Assembly (NCBI GenBank): GCA_051453625.1
Contig: JBOZIK010000001.1
Location: 49,137,645-49,201,644 of the forward strand
DNA: 64,000 bases
Direction: 5' to 3'
From: Welwitschia mirabilis
Lineage: Eukaryota
Part shown: positions 13,050 to 26,379 of the stretch, piece after piece
Layout: each line of letters starts with the position of its first letter
Numbering within the stretch: the first letter of the stretch is position 1
The notes under the pieces: model-generated
What the model was told of the DNA's origin: nothing
The model's input: the letters and a program-made list of their open reading frames with translations, nothing else
Database searches by the model: none
Translations under genes and position numbers: made by a program

Positions 13050-13639
13050 CTTAGGGCCAAACCCCTCAAGAAAACCCTAAAAAACTGATCAAAACTGTAA
13101 GACTAAAGGACTCTTGAAACTTATTTGATAATAGCCTGTCCTGTGTCTGAAAACACCCCTCTGCTCTATGACCAGGGACCAAAACCATCCCCACCAAACC
13201 ACGATCCTCCAAGACCTGCACCCTCCTGCTCTCCAGATCTGCCAAACCTCTTAGAGCTCAAAACCCTAACAGAGCTCGTCTCAATCAAAAATTCAGTTTT
13301 TATTTTATTCAAAATTAGTAATATTATGTGACTTATCTTTAATAGTTTATATTCAATGATGGAAGTTGATTGTCTTTAGGTGCTTTTAATATTACAATTG
13401 CATTTATGAGCTTATAAACACTACATTACTTTATTAAGCCTTTTAGATGAACATGTTCCAACTCTTATTATATTTTTATGCATATCTTTTTCATTTTTTT
13501 ATGCTATGCATTCATGAGTAAAAATTAGATTCATTCTAATAAAGACTTGTATAGTTTTAAGCCCTCTTTACCTTGAATGTCATATCTACCTTTGGTTTCA
13601 TTTTCACTTGAATTTGATACACTTGATGAAGCCTCAAAT

Positions 13640-16600
13640 ATATTTTCTTCTATTAATGTTCATACTTTTCATTCTCAACCTATTCTTAGTTAGCTCTTTT
13701 AAGGTCATCAAACTAACTCTCCTATTTCTTTTATCCATGATACTTAAATTTCCATTAAAAACTTCAAGCATTTTCTTACTTTTTATGATCTAGATCATGA
13801 GGATTCTTATGATATTCTTGAAGAATTTGACTTAGTTTATAAAATAACCCTTTAATCTCATTTTAATAAAGCCAAATTAGCAATTCTTCTTATTCTTTTA
13901 AAAGATAGATCTAGACATTGACTTAGGCTTGATAATCATAATGAAGATATTTTAAATCTTAGCAAATTTTAAAAAGATTTCTTTAAGAAATTTCTTCTTA
14001 TTACTATGTTAATTAAATGAGAAACCTTATTAGTATGTTTAAGCAATCTTTCACTACATCTTATTTTGAAACTTTTAAGTATTTTAGTGCTCTTATAATT
14101 AAAAATCCCAATCATTGTTTTGAAGTTTTAATACTAGTTTAATTTTTTCTAGAAGGTCTTAGTAAAGAAACTAAAAATTTAGTAGAAATATTAACTACTA
14201 GAGATTTATTAAATTCTACTCCTAATAAAGATTGAAAAGAATTAGAAGATTTAGTAGAAGTTACTTAAAGGTCGGAAAATGTTGATAGTGATTATGTTAG
14301 AGGTCAGTTAACCTTGAATGATCTTTTTAGTAAAAATAAATCTAATGAAATCTAGAAATTCTATCCACTCAACTTGGACATCTTAAACGAGAATAAGAAT
14401 AGCTTAAGAAAATTCCAATCTAACCTTCTTTAAATTCATCTTTTTATGAGTTGTGTCAAGTAAAGGATCATTTCATTAAAGTTTGTAAAAACTTTAAGAA
14501 ATATTAAAGTGATTAAATCATAATCATCTTTTTGAAAACTTATGCATTTAATCAAAATTATCATGCTCCCATGTGATTTACCATGCAATTCAATAATTAT
14601 TCCAACTCTGAATAAAATAATTTTTAGTAGGATTCCTTTCATTCTTACAACAATCAATCTCAATGACAATCTTGATCTTTATCTCTTTCTCAGGTACATA
14701 GGGCACTATGAGGTAAATGAGCAGCTTATAGTGATGCAGTCACCCCTAGACCCATCACTTGAGAAGGACGCTATATGGGATGGAACAGGTTATTGAGAGG
14801 ACTTGTAAATATAGATAGACTCCACAAGAAAAATAAGTTAGAAGAAATAATGAAGTTGTTATTTAATCAAATGGATCAAATGTAATAAACTATTCATTTC
14901 ATATTCTAATTAAAAAATAAAAAAGAGTCATCCTAGCCTACCTTCTCAATATACTCCCAAATTAAAATCAACTAATGTAATAGAAGAATGCACTAATACA
15001 AATGCCATTAGATTAAAGACTGAAATAGTCATTTCAAAACCTAGTTCTAAAGTTAAAAACAATGTAAATATAGATGAAAAAGTTAAAAATATTGAATCTA
15101 TTTCTGTGGAAAATTTTCAAAGGAGAAAATGAGAAGATTATATTCCTTTGTCTAATCGTCTTTAAGTTAATAAAGGCTCTAATAACTATGATGATATTCA
15201 TAAGGTTTTTAAATATGTTAATATTAATCTTTTTCTTCTTAAGATAATTAAGCAAATTCCTTTAAAGACTTACAAACTCATAAATAAAAAATTCAACTTT
15301 CTAAAGAAACAATTAATATTTTATATTTAGTACTTATATTTTGTAATAAAAAATCCCTATGAAATATGGTTATCATAGACTTCCCACTATTTCTATTTCT
15401 ATTAATGACCATATTATTAATAAAGCCTTAGTAGATTTAAGAGGTAGAGTCAACCTTATACTAGAATCTATTTTTCATACCTTAGGATTTAACCATATTG
15501 ATCGCACTGATGTAATTCTTTCCATGGCTGATGGAACCTTAGTTAAACCCTTAAAATCTTAAAATATAATTCAAATTTATAAAGTAATTTATCCTATTTA
15601 TTTCATTATTCTTAAGTTTCCATGAATTCCACTGGTTACCCTGTTATTCTTGGTAGATCTTGGATTGCGATAGTAGATGAAAAAATTAATTGTAGATCTA
15701 ATGCATAGAAAATTATCTTTGACAAACTTTTCATTACCATTAATGTATTTTATAATTGAAAGAAAAAGTCTATTAAATTGAATAAACATTTATCTTTGCC
15801 TAAAATTCAATGTATAAGTGATGATTTATTTTTAATTCTGAATGATATGCTTTATTTGGATGCTAAGTATGAATTGCTTTTTACATCTTATTTAGATTTA
15901 AATAAAATTGATATTCCTCTTGAATGTGTTAATTTTTAAGATTTTAATTATATTTTTAGAGAAATTAAAATGAATGTTTCTTTGAATGATATTTTTATAG
16001 CTAATAGTATTGCTAATGATGATTTAAAATGTTTACCTATCCATCTACGGTACATCTTTCTAGGTAGTAATCAATCTAAAACTATTATCATTAATTCTAA
16101 TCTTACTCCTTTTTAAGGAAAAAAAGCTTAATAATTTATTACTTGAACATTATCTAGTTTTTGTTTGATCTTATCATTATTTGATTGGTATTCATCCTTC
16201 TATTTGTTCGCATCATATTTACTTAGAATCTGATATCAAGCTTATTCACCAATCTTAGCATAGGATAAATCCAAAGTTTAGGAATATTATTAAAAAAGAA
16301 ATCATAAAACTTTGAGAAGCTAATATTTTTTATCTCATTATAGATAGTAAATGGGTGAGTCCTTTATAAGTTGTCCCAAAGAAAAATGGTAAATGACAAA
16401 CTTGTATTGATTTCATGCTCCTAATAATCATACTAAGAAAGATCATTTTTCTATTTCTTTCATTGATCTAATTCTTAGTAAACTTTTTAGCAATCATGAT
16501 TATTGCTTTTTTGATGAATATAATGGTTATAATAAAATTCCTATAGCTCCAAAAGATTAATAAAAAACTACTTTTACTTATTCCTTTGGAAATTTTGCAT

Positions 16601-18737
16601 ATCATCGCATGCCTTTTGGCTTATGTAATGTTCTTTTCGCTTTCAAATATTGCTAGTCTTTTTGGTAAATTTATATATATATTTTTAAAATATTTATGAA
16701 TAATGTTTCTCTTTATGGTGAATCTTTTCATCAAACATTGTATCATTTAAAGTTACTCTTACATCATTTTAATGATCATAATCTTAAACTTACTTGATCA
16801 AAAAGTTATTTTATGGTTACTAAAGGAATTATTCTTAGCCATATTACTTCTAATGAAGAAATAGAAGTAGATACTACTAATATTAATGTCATTCATTCTT
16901 TTTCTACTCCTACTTATGTTAAAGATATAAGATCTTTCTTAGGACATGCTAGTTTCTATTGTCGTTTCATTCCATCCTTTAGTTCTCTTAGTAAAAACTT
17001 GACTGAATTGCTTTTAAGAGATGAATCTTTTTCTTGGATACTGAAGTGTGAAGTTACATTTTAAAAACTTAAATATATTTTATCATCTTCATGTATGCTT
17101 CAGTCTCCTAATTGGCATTGTTCTTTTAAAGTTATGACTCACGTAAGTAATTTTATAGTAAATGCAGTCTTAGATTAAATCTTAAGCATAAAACCTTTAT
17201 CATTTTCTATGCTAGTAACACCTTGTGTGATTCACAACTTAATTATTCTATTACCAAAAAGGAAGTGTTAGCTATTATCTTTACACTTGAAAAATTTTGC
17301 CACTATCTTATTGGTTATCTTATAATTATCTTTACTAATCATGCTTCTTTAAAGTACATTCTAAATAAGCCCTAAATTAAACTTTGTCTTATGTGTTAAG
17401 CTTTACTTATGTAAGTATTTCATATTATAATTAAATATAGATCAAAAAAGGAAAATTTAGTTATCGATGATTTATCTTACTTTTCCTTACCTATTGATTC
17501 ATTGAAATTAATGAAAATTTTCCTCATGAAGATTAATTTGCTATGAATATTTGCCTTCGTATGTCAATATTGCAAATTTTAGATCTTGTGGTAAACTTCC
17601 TCATAACTTATTTTATTATGATCAAAAGACAATTCTATCTCAACAACATAAATTTCTGTGGGAGTCACCTCTTTTATTTAGATATTGCTGATCTAGTCTT
17701 TCAAAGGTGTATACCTAAGAATGAAATGATTAGTATATTAGAATTTTATCATAATGGTATTTGTGATGGTCATTTAGTGGAAAAAACTACATCTAAAGTC
17801 TTAAATGCTAAATTCTCTTAACCTACTTTTTTTTAAAGATACTAGTAAATTTTATAAATCATGTGATGAATGCCAAAGAATAGGTAGCATTAGTAGGAGA
17901 AATAAAATGCCTTTTAAACCTATCATTATTTGTAACCTTTTAATGTTTGGGGTATTTATTTTATTGGACCATGTTGACCCTCCTTTGATAGTGCATATAT
18001 TCTTATTTGTGTGAATTATATTACTAAATGGATAGAAGCTAAGGCATGTAAAGATAATGATGCTAATACTATTATTAGATTTCTTAAAAATTATGTTATT
18101 TCCCATTTTGATTAAGTAATCATTAATGATAAAGGATCCTATTTTTGTAATAAAAGTTTTAGAAACCCTATGCTTAAATATAGTATTACCTATAAAGTAG
18201 CTACTACATATCATCCACAACCCAATGATTAATATAAACTAACCAACCATGAGCTTATTAGAATTCTTTAAAAGAATGTTAGTGCTAATAAAAAGATTAG
18301 TTATTAAAATTATCTAATGCATTATGGTCTTATCATATAACTTTTAAAACTCCCATTAGAATGGCTCCTTTCAAGCTTATTTATGGTAAATAATGTTGTC
18401 TACCTGTTGAGATAGAACATCAAGCTTTTAATGCTATGCATAAACTTAATCTTGATTAGATCAATGAAATAAATTAGATGAAATAATATTAAGTGCCTAT
18501 GATAATCAAGTTCTTGCTGAAAACTAAATGAGATATTATCATAATCAGATCATTATTAGGAGAAATTTTTATGTAAGTACTAAAGTTTTACTTTTGAATT
18601 CTTCTTTTCATTTATTTCCTAGAAAGTAAAGTCTAAATGGGAAGACCCCTTTATTATTATTCATGTTTTTTTTTTCTTTTAGGACTATTAACATTCAAGA
18701 TCCTAAAACTACTCATGTTCAATTAAATGTAAATATG
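13640..18737 (+). pseudogene. degenerate gag-pol of gypsy copy B
   Basis: Protease KALVDLRGRVNLI (15359-15562); RT motifs KWVSP, KDHF, MPFGLCN (~16350-16630) and DIRSFLGHASFY (16813-17064); integrase Zn-finger remnant (FYHNGICDGH, CDECQR) and YHPQ motif (~17700-18230). Many stops. Confidence 0.85.
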
Positions 18738-20817
18738 TGTTATAGTATATATTTATGCAATCCTTTATGTACTTTGTCAAATCTTATCAATAACAAATAT
18801 CCATCTTGCAAAACATAATATACTAATATAAACAGAAGTGGAGCCAAATGTTATAATTCATTAAAAGCACTAAGATCAAAGCTAGAAAAATGATTTCATA
18901 TGAAGTATTTTTAGGTTTTTCTTTTATGGTTCTAAGTGAAAATCACAATGTAAGAAAATAAATACACTAATGTAATGCAAATGCAAACTACTCTAAATGC
19001 AATATCTATCTGCCTATCAAATCACTATCACCAACATTAACCTTGCATAACCTAGATCAATCAAAGAAACTGTTACTAACCCTAACCAACCTAGGCTATT
19101 AAGTACATCGAATAGAATATGAAAAAGATGCAATCATTAAGCTAGTAAATATAAAATACAATGTAATACAAGATTCCAAACTAACGATTTCAATCTTAAC
19201 AAAGGTTGGCCTTCATTATATATATTGATTATGAATCTATCACAAAATTAGAACCAACATAAGCCATAAGGGATATGCACATGAATAAATAAATCTAAAA
19301 TAATATTTTCATTAAAAGTCGAACCAAGATACTGCTACAAGTAACAACACCTCAATGAGAAATACATAATTCAATACCAAGGAAGACTCCTCTTTGCAAC
19401 TAATGGATGGACTTTCTACCTCTCGATCTCCTATTACAAGAATTTTTAATGCTAAATAAGATCATCAAATTCAAAGGGAAAAGGTAGTATTTACTTATAA
19501 CAACACACTTAAAAATAGCAAATATAACAGATGTAATCAAAATCCTAATGGTGCATAAAAGGCACATGATACATTATGCAAGTTTGATGAAGTTTGGTAC
19601 ATTGACTAAAATTATGTATTATTCTTATGGTTATCTAGATGATGGTGGGGTTGATGCCACATTAAAAGAGTTCTATATTTATCCTTCATATTTGTCCAAT
19701 CAGCATCCTAGTTAGTGTGCAAGTGGTATCATTTAGGAAATCTTTTGAACGATGAAGAAAAATGCAAAAACAAAATGCAAGATAAAGAAGAATGCAATAT
19801 TTATAGATGAAATGCAAATGAAATAACTCTGTGTAATGAATCTATTTGAGTGCCAATATTTCTAGCCCTAAGATCAACCTATATAATTCAGATTAATTAG
19901 GAAGAACTATTACTTAATCTTAATTAATATAAGCTATAAAGTACATCAAACAGAATATAAATAAATGTAACTATTATAACTATGGAAATATAAGATAAAA
20001 TGAAATGAAAGTACTTAAATTAATAATATCAACCTTTGCCCTTATGATCTAGATCACTTATGAAACTATCATGAAATCATAACCAACATAAATTATAAGA
20101 GATATGCATATAATAAAATTAAAGCAAAATTTTATTAATCTTGACTTAAGCATCCACTTATAAAGTAGTAGCACCTCAATGGAGAATACACGATCAAACA
20201 CCAAAGAAGACTTCTTTGTGTAGCATAGGATTAACCTCTTTCTCTTTAATCTACTATCACAAGACTTTCTAATATAAAAAGATGAATTTGGGAGTAAGAG
20301 AAAGAAGGGTATTTATAGTTCTACATGGAAGATTTTGGAACAAGACCCTAAAAGTCAGAAATGAAACCCTAGTAGCTGACATGGGTTGCATGACCATATT
20401 ACAAAGATAATTCAATTTGTTATATAAAATAATTATCATCCTAACTATTATCTAGATGATTCTAGGAGATGATACCCTATAAAAAAAGATGACTCATTAG
20501 TTTCTAGACCTGACCCATGTCAGCATCTTTATTACCTCTAAATGTATGGTCATATAGTGATTGTTGTCTAGATCATTACATGGACAACATCCTCCTAAGT
20601 TCTTTAGTTAAGGGAAATTAGCCTCCTGGTTAGACTCTTCCTTAGAATGATAAGTATTAGAATTTGTCTAAAATAATCTAAATATGTTAAGGATTGCATA
20701 TTTTATGATCATCCTATTGGTCTTCATAATCTTTAAAAGTTTACTTAAATCTCTCTAAATGTCCTACAAAATTACTTAAAATACCCCATAAAATACAAAT
20801 AATTTAGTATCGCAGCA
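18738..20817 (-). repeat. composite Athila-like LTR sequence (two LTR pieces in tandem) acting as 3' LTR of copy C
   Basis: 18738 begins TGTTATAGTATATATTTATGCAAT, matching the reverse complement of the LTR A end. 19790-20817 is a direct repeat of 32640-33671. Ends ...ATCGCAGCA at 20817, followed by a PPT-like TAGCCTTCCGCTTAG. Confidence 0.75.
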
Positions 20818-22809
20818 TAGCCTTCCGCTTAGGCTTGTTAGTCCCTAACAAAGAGAGTGAACAACTATAAATTGTGAACCAAATTGACTAAGATAAATAG
20901 TAACTAGGAAAGCATGAATTTAGTATAAAAAGATTATTATACAAGATTAAGTATTAAAAAACTAATGAACTAAACATATTACATTAACAGAGTATGTGAT
21001 TTTACTATCATCTTATATGTCCTCTGAATAATTATGGAGATGATAGGCTTCAAAAATTAGGTAGAAAATCAAATGTATGTACTCATGATCATTAGAGAAT
21101 AAGATTAGAATAGTTATAAAGTATATTAGCTCCCCATTTAAAATGTTTAACACATTGAAAAAAATAGAAATTAAATGTCACACACAAAAAGTTATCATAA
21201 GATATAATTATGATAACTCAAAAAAATGATGTATATGAATAATCGAAATAGTGATGACTTAAAATGATGTATATAAATCAATCAGTAAGTTTTAAGTACA
21301 ATCTACAAGGGAAAATACATAAAAAATAATTATAACATTACTTCCCTTCTTTATGGTCTCTTGAATCTTTTGGACTGCACCTACACGAAGATTCTGCAAC
21401 TATTTTACTATCGCCTCCTAAGCAAAACCCATAATGCATATCTCACTGAAATCATAACCAAGTCAATACATTATATACATGTATCATCAAAGCTCAAAAT
21501 AACTCTTATAATTAAAATTTTTGCTCAAAAATATCACACAAATATGTCCTATCCCTTACAACTGAATTAATGCATCCCATAGTATGATAATAAAAGAAGA
21601 AATTATTGTCATTCTACTTATCATCTGGATGACAAACATAGGACAATGATCAAAAAAGAAAGATATGGCAAATTACTAAAATCCAGATAGAATCAGATAG
21701 TAAATGATAGTAATAGTGAGGTCTCACAAAGTCATTATGAAGTCCAAAAGATGGGTAAAAGCTAAGAATCATTATCAAAAAAATCATAATAAAGTGAAAA
21801 GCACTTAAAGTAAAAGGTAAGGATATCAAAATAGGACAATGATAATTCACAAAATAGAGAGAAGTAATGCTAAGAAAAATACTTAATGTTCCTGAACTAA
21901 AAATCATTTAAGAGTAGTAAGTGAATGTGTTGAAACTCAAAATGATGGAAAAAGATATCATCATAAATGAAAAGAACATCATTTATAAAAGTTCTAAAAA
22001 AAAGAACAATCCCTATGAATAAAGGCTATGAGTGAAAACATAAAGACAATAAGAAAACAACTAGGAAAATAAAAACTGAACATGGACAACCAGGAACATG
22101 AATAATATTGTTTACTTACCCAAAATTCTAACTTAGCAAAGCTCCATAATAAAAATCATAAAATAATTTAATTAATAATGCATAACACAATGTAGAAACT
22201 TTATTAAGTACTATTTGAAAAGGCAGTGATTATAATGATACCAACTATGTCGAGTGTTTTGACTTAATGAATGATAATATTAAAAGCTGTTAAAAAATAG
22301 GCTCATCTACTTCCATCTCAAAACACATTGGAATTCTAAAAATTGAAATGATCATGTGAGAGTACTATATGCATAATAAGTCTAAGAAACAAGTAATGCC
22401 TTTGATGACACCAGAGGCATCACTAATCCCATAGCATCTAAGTGATAATTATTTCCATGAAGAGAGGAGTGTAGCTACTATCATAAAATTAAGGATTCAT
22501 GAAGTATGACCAACTGAATCCTTTTGAAGTTTCCATAGCTACCAATACTACCAAAAGTCCTTCTTAGAAAAATTTACCTTAGTTTGATAAGACATCATGA
22601 TAACCATATTTTTAGCTTAGATAAAAAAGATCTAATGAAATGAAAAATAGGGAAGGATATAATTAAACAATAAAATACTCATACCATTAAGAGAAAACAC
22701 AAGAAGTAAGGCATCTTCCTTTAAAATAAACTTAATAGATGTACAAATGTCTTAAGATTAAGTGAGTTTAATCTTATCACTTTGAAATGCCTAAGTAAAA
22801 GACTACTAA
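20818..22809 (-). mobile_element. 3' internal region of Athila-like gypsy copy C
   Basis: PPT adjacent to the LTR. 21700-22808 is a diverged direct paralogue of 24820-26090 and an inverted paralogue of ~3050-3760. Ends at a gap. Confidence 0.7.
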
Positions 22810-23948
22810 NNNNNNNNNNNNNNNNNNNNNNNNNNNNNNNNNNNNNNNNNNNNNNNNNNNNNNNNNNNNNNNNNNNNNNNNNNNNNNNNNNNNNNNNNNN
22901 NNNNNNNNNCTTGAGAACTGTGGAGGTACAGTTCTCATGCCATGTTTGCATGTGCAGGATCTAGCATGAGGATGACCTTTGGATGGGTGAGTTGTTGTTG
23001 TTTGAATGGAGTGTTATCTTTATACTTATTGCATATATTTATTTAAGGGACTTTAGATGTCCAATAGAATTGTATTATTTTAATGAATGTGATTTTTGTG
23101 CTCACATTCATGTTAAGGATGTGTTATAAATATATAAATATATTTTCAATGTATTGAAAAGATTAAAATCATTTCTTTAGGCAAATGTTATACGTCTATA
23201 TGATATTTTATGAAAATTATAATATCCTACTTTTAAGCTATATATTGGTTATTTAGGACTCATAAATCTAACGCGTATGATGTTAATACTATAAGATTAC
23301 TTTATTATAGTAAATATTTTTAAGTATTACCTTAATAAAATGGTGAAGTTATTTGATGTATAGTCAAGTTCAATAAAAGTATAAACTTATTCTGTTTATT
23401 AAATTTGTGAAATGTAGTATAGCTTCATTCTAATAAATGATATAAAGTGAAAAAGAGAGGTTATAGAATTGTAACGATGGCCTTTCTCTTTATTATTTAT
23501 CCTTTTACTATTACATCAAGAAGGCACCCATTAAATAAAAGAAACAACTCATTTCAAATTTAACTGCCATCATATTATAATGATTTTTAGCAATGTAGGA
23601 TTGATTCCTTTCAAGCCTACATGTATTCTTTTCCTCCCTTTTGTGTAGTCAAATTTCTCCCTAACCTCCATATTTCTCTCAGTTGCTTTTATTACATTTT
23701 TGCTTACATGCCTTCTTCATAAAATCTCAAATGCGGTTACCTTTTGTAATGTGATCTTGTTTGTACATTATATTCCTCTCTTTTATACCTTCTCATCTCA
23801 GTGTATTCCTTTCTCTGGTGCATTAGCTAGTCGGTCCTCCTCAAGAAACATATTCTTTTTCCTATTGAAATCAGAAAATGTCTTTTTCTTTGATAAAAGT
23901 TTAAAGGTTTCAAAAAATAACCTTTAAATAGTTTTTTTATAAAAATAA

Positions 23949-24310
23949 GCTTAATCTATACACTTTGGGATAAAACCTAAGTATTTCAAGTTAAAAACGT
24001 AGTCCATTTTATCATTTTCTAACATTTTGGTTTATTATTTTGAATTCTTATGTTTTTAAACATGGAAAAAAGGATTGAATGTAACTTCTGAAATGTCATT
24101 TTATGGATCTGAGCNNNNNNNNNNTTTATCATTTTCCAACGTTTTGGTTTCCTATTTCAAATTCTTATTTTCTTTAAAGATGTAAAAAAAGGATTGAATG
24201 TAACTTCTAAAACATTGTTTCATGGATCTGAGCTTAATCTGTATCCTTTAAGGTAAAAATGGGATGTTTTCAATTAAAAACACATTCTATTTTATCATTT
24301 GCAAATGTTT
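23949..24310. repeat. ~165-bp tandem (satellite-like) repeat, about 2 copies visible across a gap
   Basis: Recurring blocks TTTATCATTTTC..AAC..TTTTGGTTT, AAAAAAGGATTGAATGTAACTTCT and ATGGATCTGAGC(TTAATCT). Confidence 0.75.
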
Positions 24311-24479
24311 TAAGTCACTAGTGCCATTTAATGAATGAATAACATTTAATAGTCTAAATAACTTAAGTAATTTTATTTAATCATTAAATTAAATTATGAC
24401 TTATATGATTATAGAAGACTAAGATTAAGATTAAAATTAAGGTTTTATATTTTAAATACCAATGTGAGTTAGATTTGAA

Positions 24480-24803
24480 TATTTTCAATGGTAAAATTTT
24501 TAGGTCCTTACATTTTTGGTGTCAGAGCATTAAAGTTTGAAGTTTTCCAATTATAGAACTTTTAGAACTTCACATTTGGTATCAGAGCATCAAGTTTATG
24601 AGGATTTTTAACCATAGAATTTTAGGTCATTTCATTTTGGTATCAAAGCTAATAACTAGAAGGAGAATTAAATTTTTCAACTTTAGAAGTTTATGATGTC
24701 ACATTTGATATCAGGGCTAATAATTAAAAAGAAGATTTAAATTTTTCAACTGTAGAAATTTTAGACCTTTACATTTTGGTATTAGTAAATTCTGTAACTT
24801 TAG
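24480..24803 (+). repeat. tandem array of five 60-71-bp units, each with CA+TTTGGTATCAGAGC (LTR end plus tRNA-Met PBS)
   Basis: PBS-like words at 24517 (TGGTGTCAGAGC), 24577 (TGGTATCAGAGC), 24638 (TGGTATCAAAGC), 24706 (TGATATCAGGGC) and 24777 (TGGTATTAG), each preceded by a similar TTTTCAA..TAGAA..TTTAG..ACA block. Confidence 0.85.
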
Positions 24804-26379
24804 NNNNNNNNNNTTTTTATATCATTTCAGTAAGTTAGGATAAGGTAATAAGAATAAGACCTTATAAACTTATCATAAAGTCTAAGGGATGATTAAAAAA
24901 TAATAATCATGATGAAAAAGGCATGATAAAATAGGTGAATTTTGGAAATAACTTAAGACAAGAGAAAGAGGTGTTAGGATAGAAACATGATAATGCATCT
25001 AGCTAAGAAAATTTTGAAATGTATCCTAAACTTACAATTATTGAAAATAGTAACTAAATGTGTTAAAATTTAAAAATAATATTAAATAAATAAACTAAAA
25101 AAGACATTAAAAGAATATATAAGAAATATTATCATCATAAAATAAAGGAACATCATTTAATCTAAGCACTAGAAGAAAATTAACTCCTATAAAGAAAAGT
25201 CATGAGTGAAAATAAAAATTAATAAGAAAACTATTAAATGATTAAATCCTAAATATTTATGATAAAATAGCATAGACAAAGTTTGAAATACTACATAAAA
25301 TAACTAAGCAAAGTAAAACAAAAAATGGACAACTAGTAACATAAAGATTATTATGTACTCAAAAATTATAACCTAACAAATCCCTTTAAAAGAAATCATA
25401 AAATCACTTGATTAATGATGCATGACATAATATGAAAAACCTTATAAAGTACCACTTGAATAGGCAATGATTATGATAATGCCAAGTGTATCTATTATTT
25501 TAAAATAATAAATGATAAGATCAAAAGCTACTCAGAAATGGACTTACCTACTTACACCTCAAAACACACCTAAATCCCTAAAAGTAAAATGATCATATAA
25601 GAATACTATAAGCTCAATTATTCTAGGAACATCACTGATCCTGTAGCCTTTAAATAATAATTATTTTTGCATGATGAGGAAAGTGCAAAAACAGTAAAAA
25701 AAGTAAGAATCCATAAAGCATGTCCAACTAATCCCCTAGTGAAATTCACACAACTACCAACACTACCAAAGATTCATCTTGAAAAAATTTACCCTGATGC
25801 AGTAAGACATTATGATAATAATGTATTTAGCAAAGGTATAATAGATTATGGTCATTGTTCTCATCTTTTTTCCCTAGAATAAATCCCAGATGATCATACA
25901 TTATCTAAGATGAAGGTGAGGAAATGAGATGAAAAACATGGAAGAACATCCCCAAATAACTAAAAACTCATACTATTGAGATAAAACATGAAAAAATAAG
26001 GCATGTTCCTTCACAATGAAGTTCATAATATAAGAATGTCTTAATATTAGGTAAATCCAATCTAATCACTTTGAAATACCTAATTGAAATATCATTAATC
26101 ATAGTAATTTCATGAAGTGAAACATAAGTTAAGTTAAAGATGTTCAAGTAATAGCATAATGTCCACCAAAGGAATTGACTAAGGAAGAATTCAGACAATG
26201 GTGGGGCATAAGTCCTTCTCATTGAGGGGAGCTTCTAAGACAAATGCTTTTATTATGTTCAAGGTTTAATTAATAGGTGATTCATAGATTTTTAACCTTG
26301 TTCATTAATTTTTTGAATTTCTATAATGTTCAAATAGAATTTTTTTATTAAGTGACTAGAATGTATGTGTTTTAAAAGA

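Larger units (their letters stand above)
6588..13286 (-). mobile_element. L1-clade LINE non-LTR retrotransposon, near full length, decayed
   Basis: T-run (poly-A on the minus strand) at 6588-6595; candidate TSD AAAAATT(G/C)AGTTTTT at 6578-6592 and 13287-13301; ORF1 and ORF2 relics in order on the minus strand. Confidence 0.85.
5747..18737 (+). mobile_element. older, highly eroded Athila-like Ty3/gypsy element (copy B), split by the LINE and cut by LTR C
   Basis: LTR/5'UTR-like AT-rich sequence at 5747-6580 and 13300-13600 on either side of the LINE, followed by gag-PR-RT-RH-IN relics in gypsy domain order. Confidence 0.65.

Noticed and set aside
24480..24803. CRISPR-like repeat-spacer array
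   Set aside because: Plant nuclear context with no cas genes; the 'spacers' are similar to each other, so it is a tandem repeat containing a retroelement PBS.
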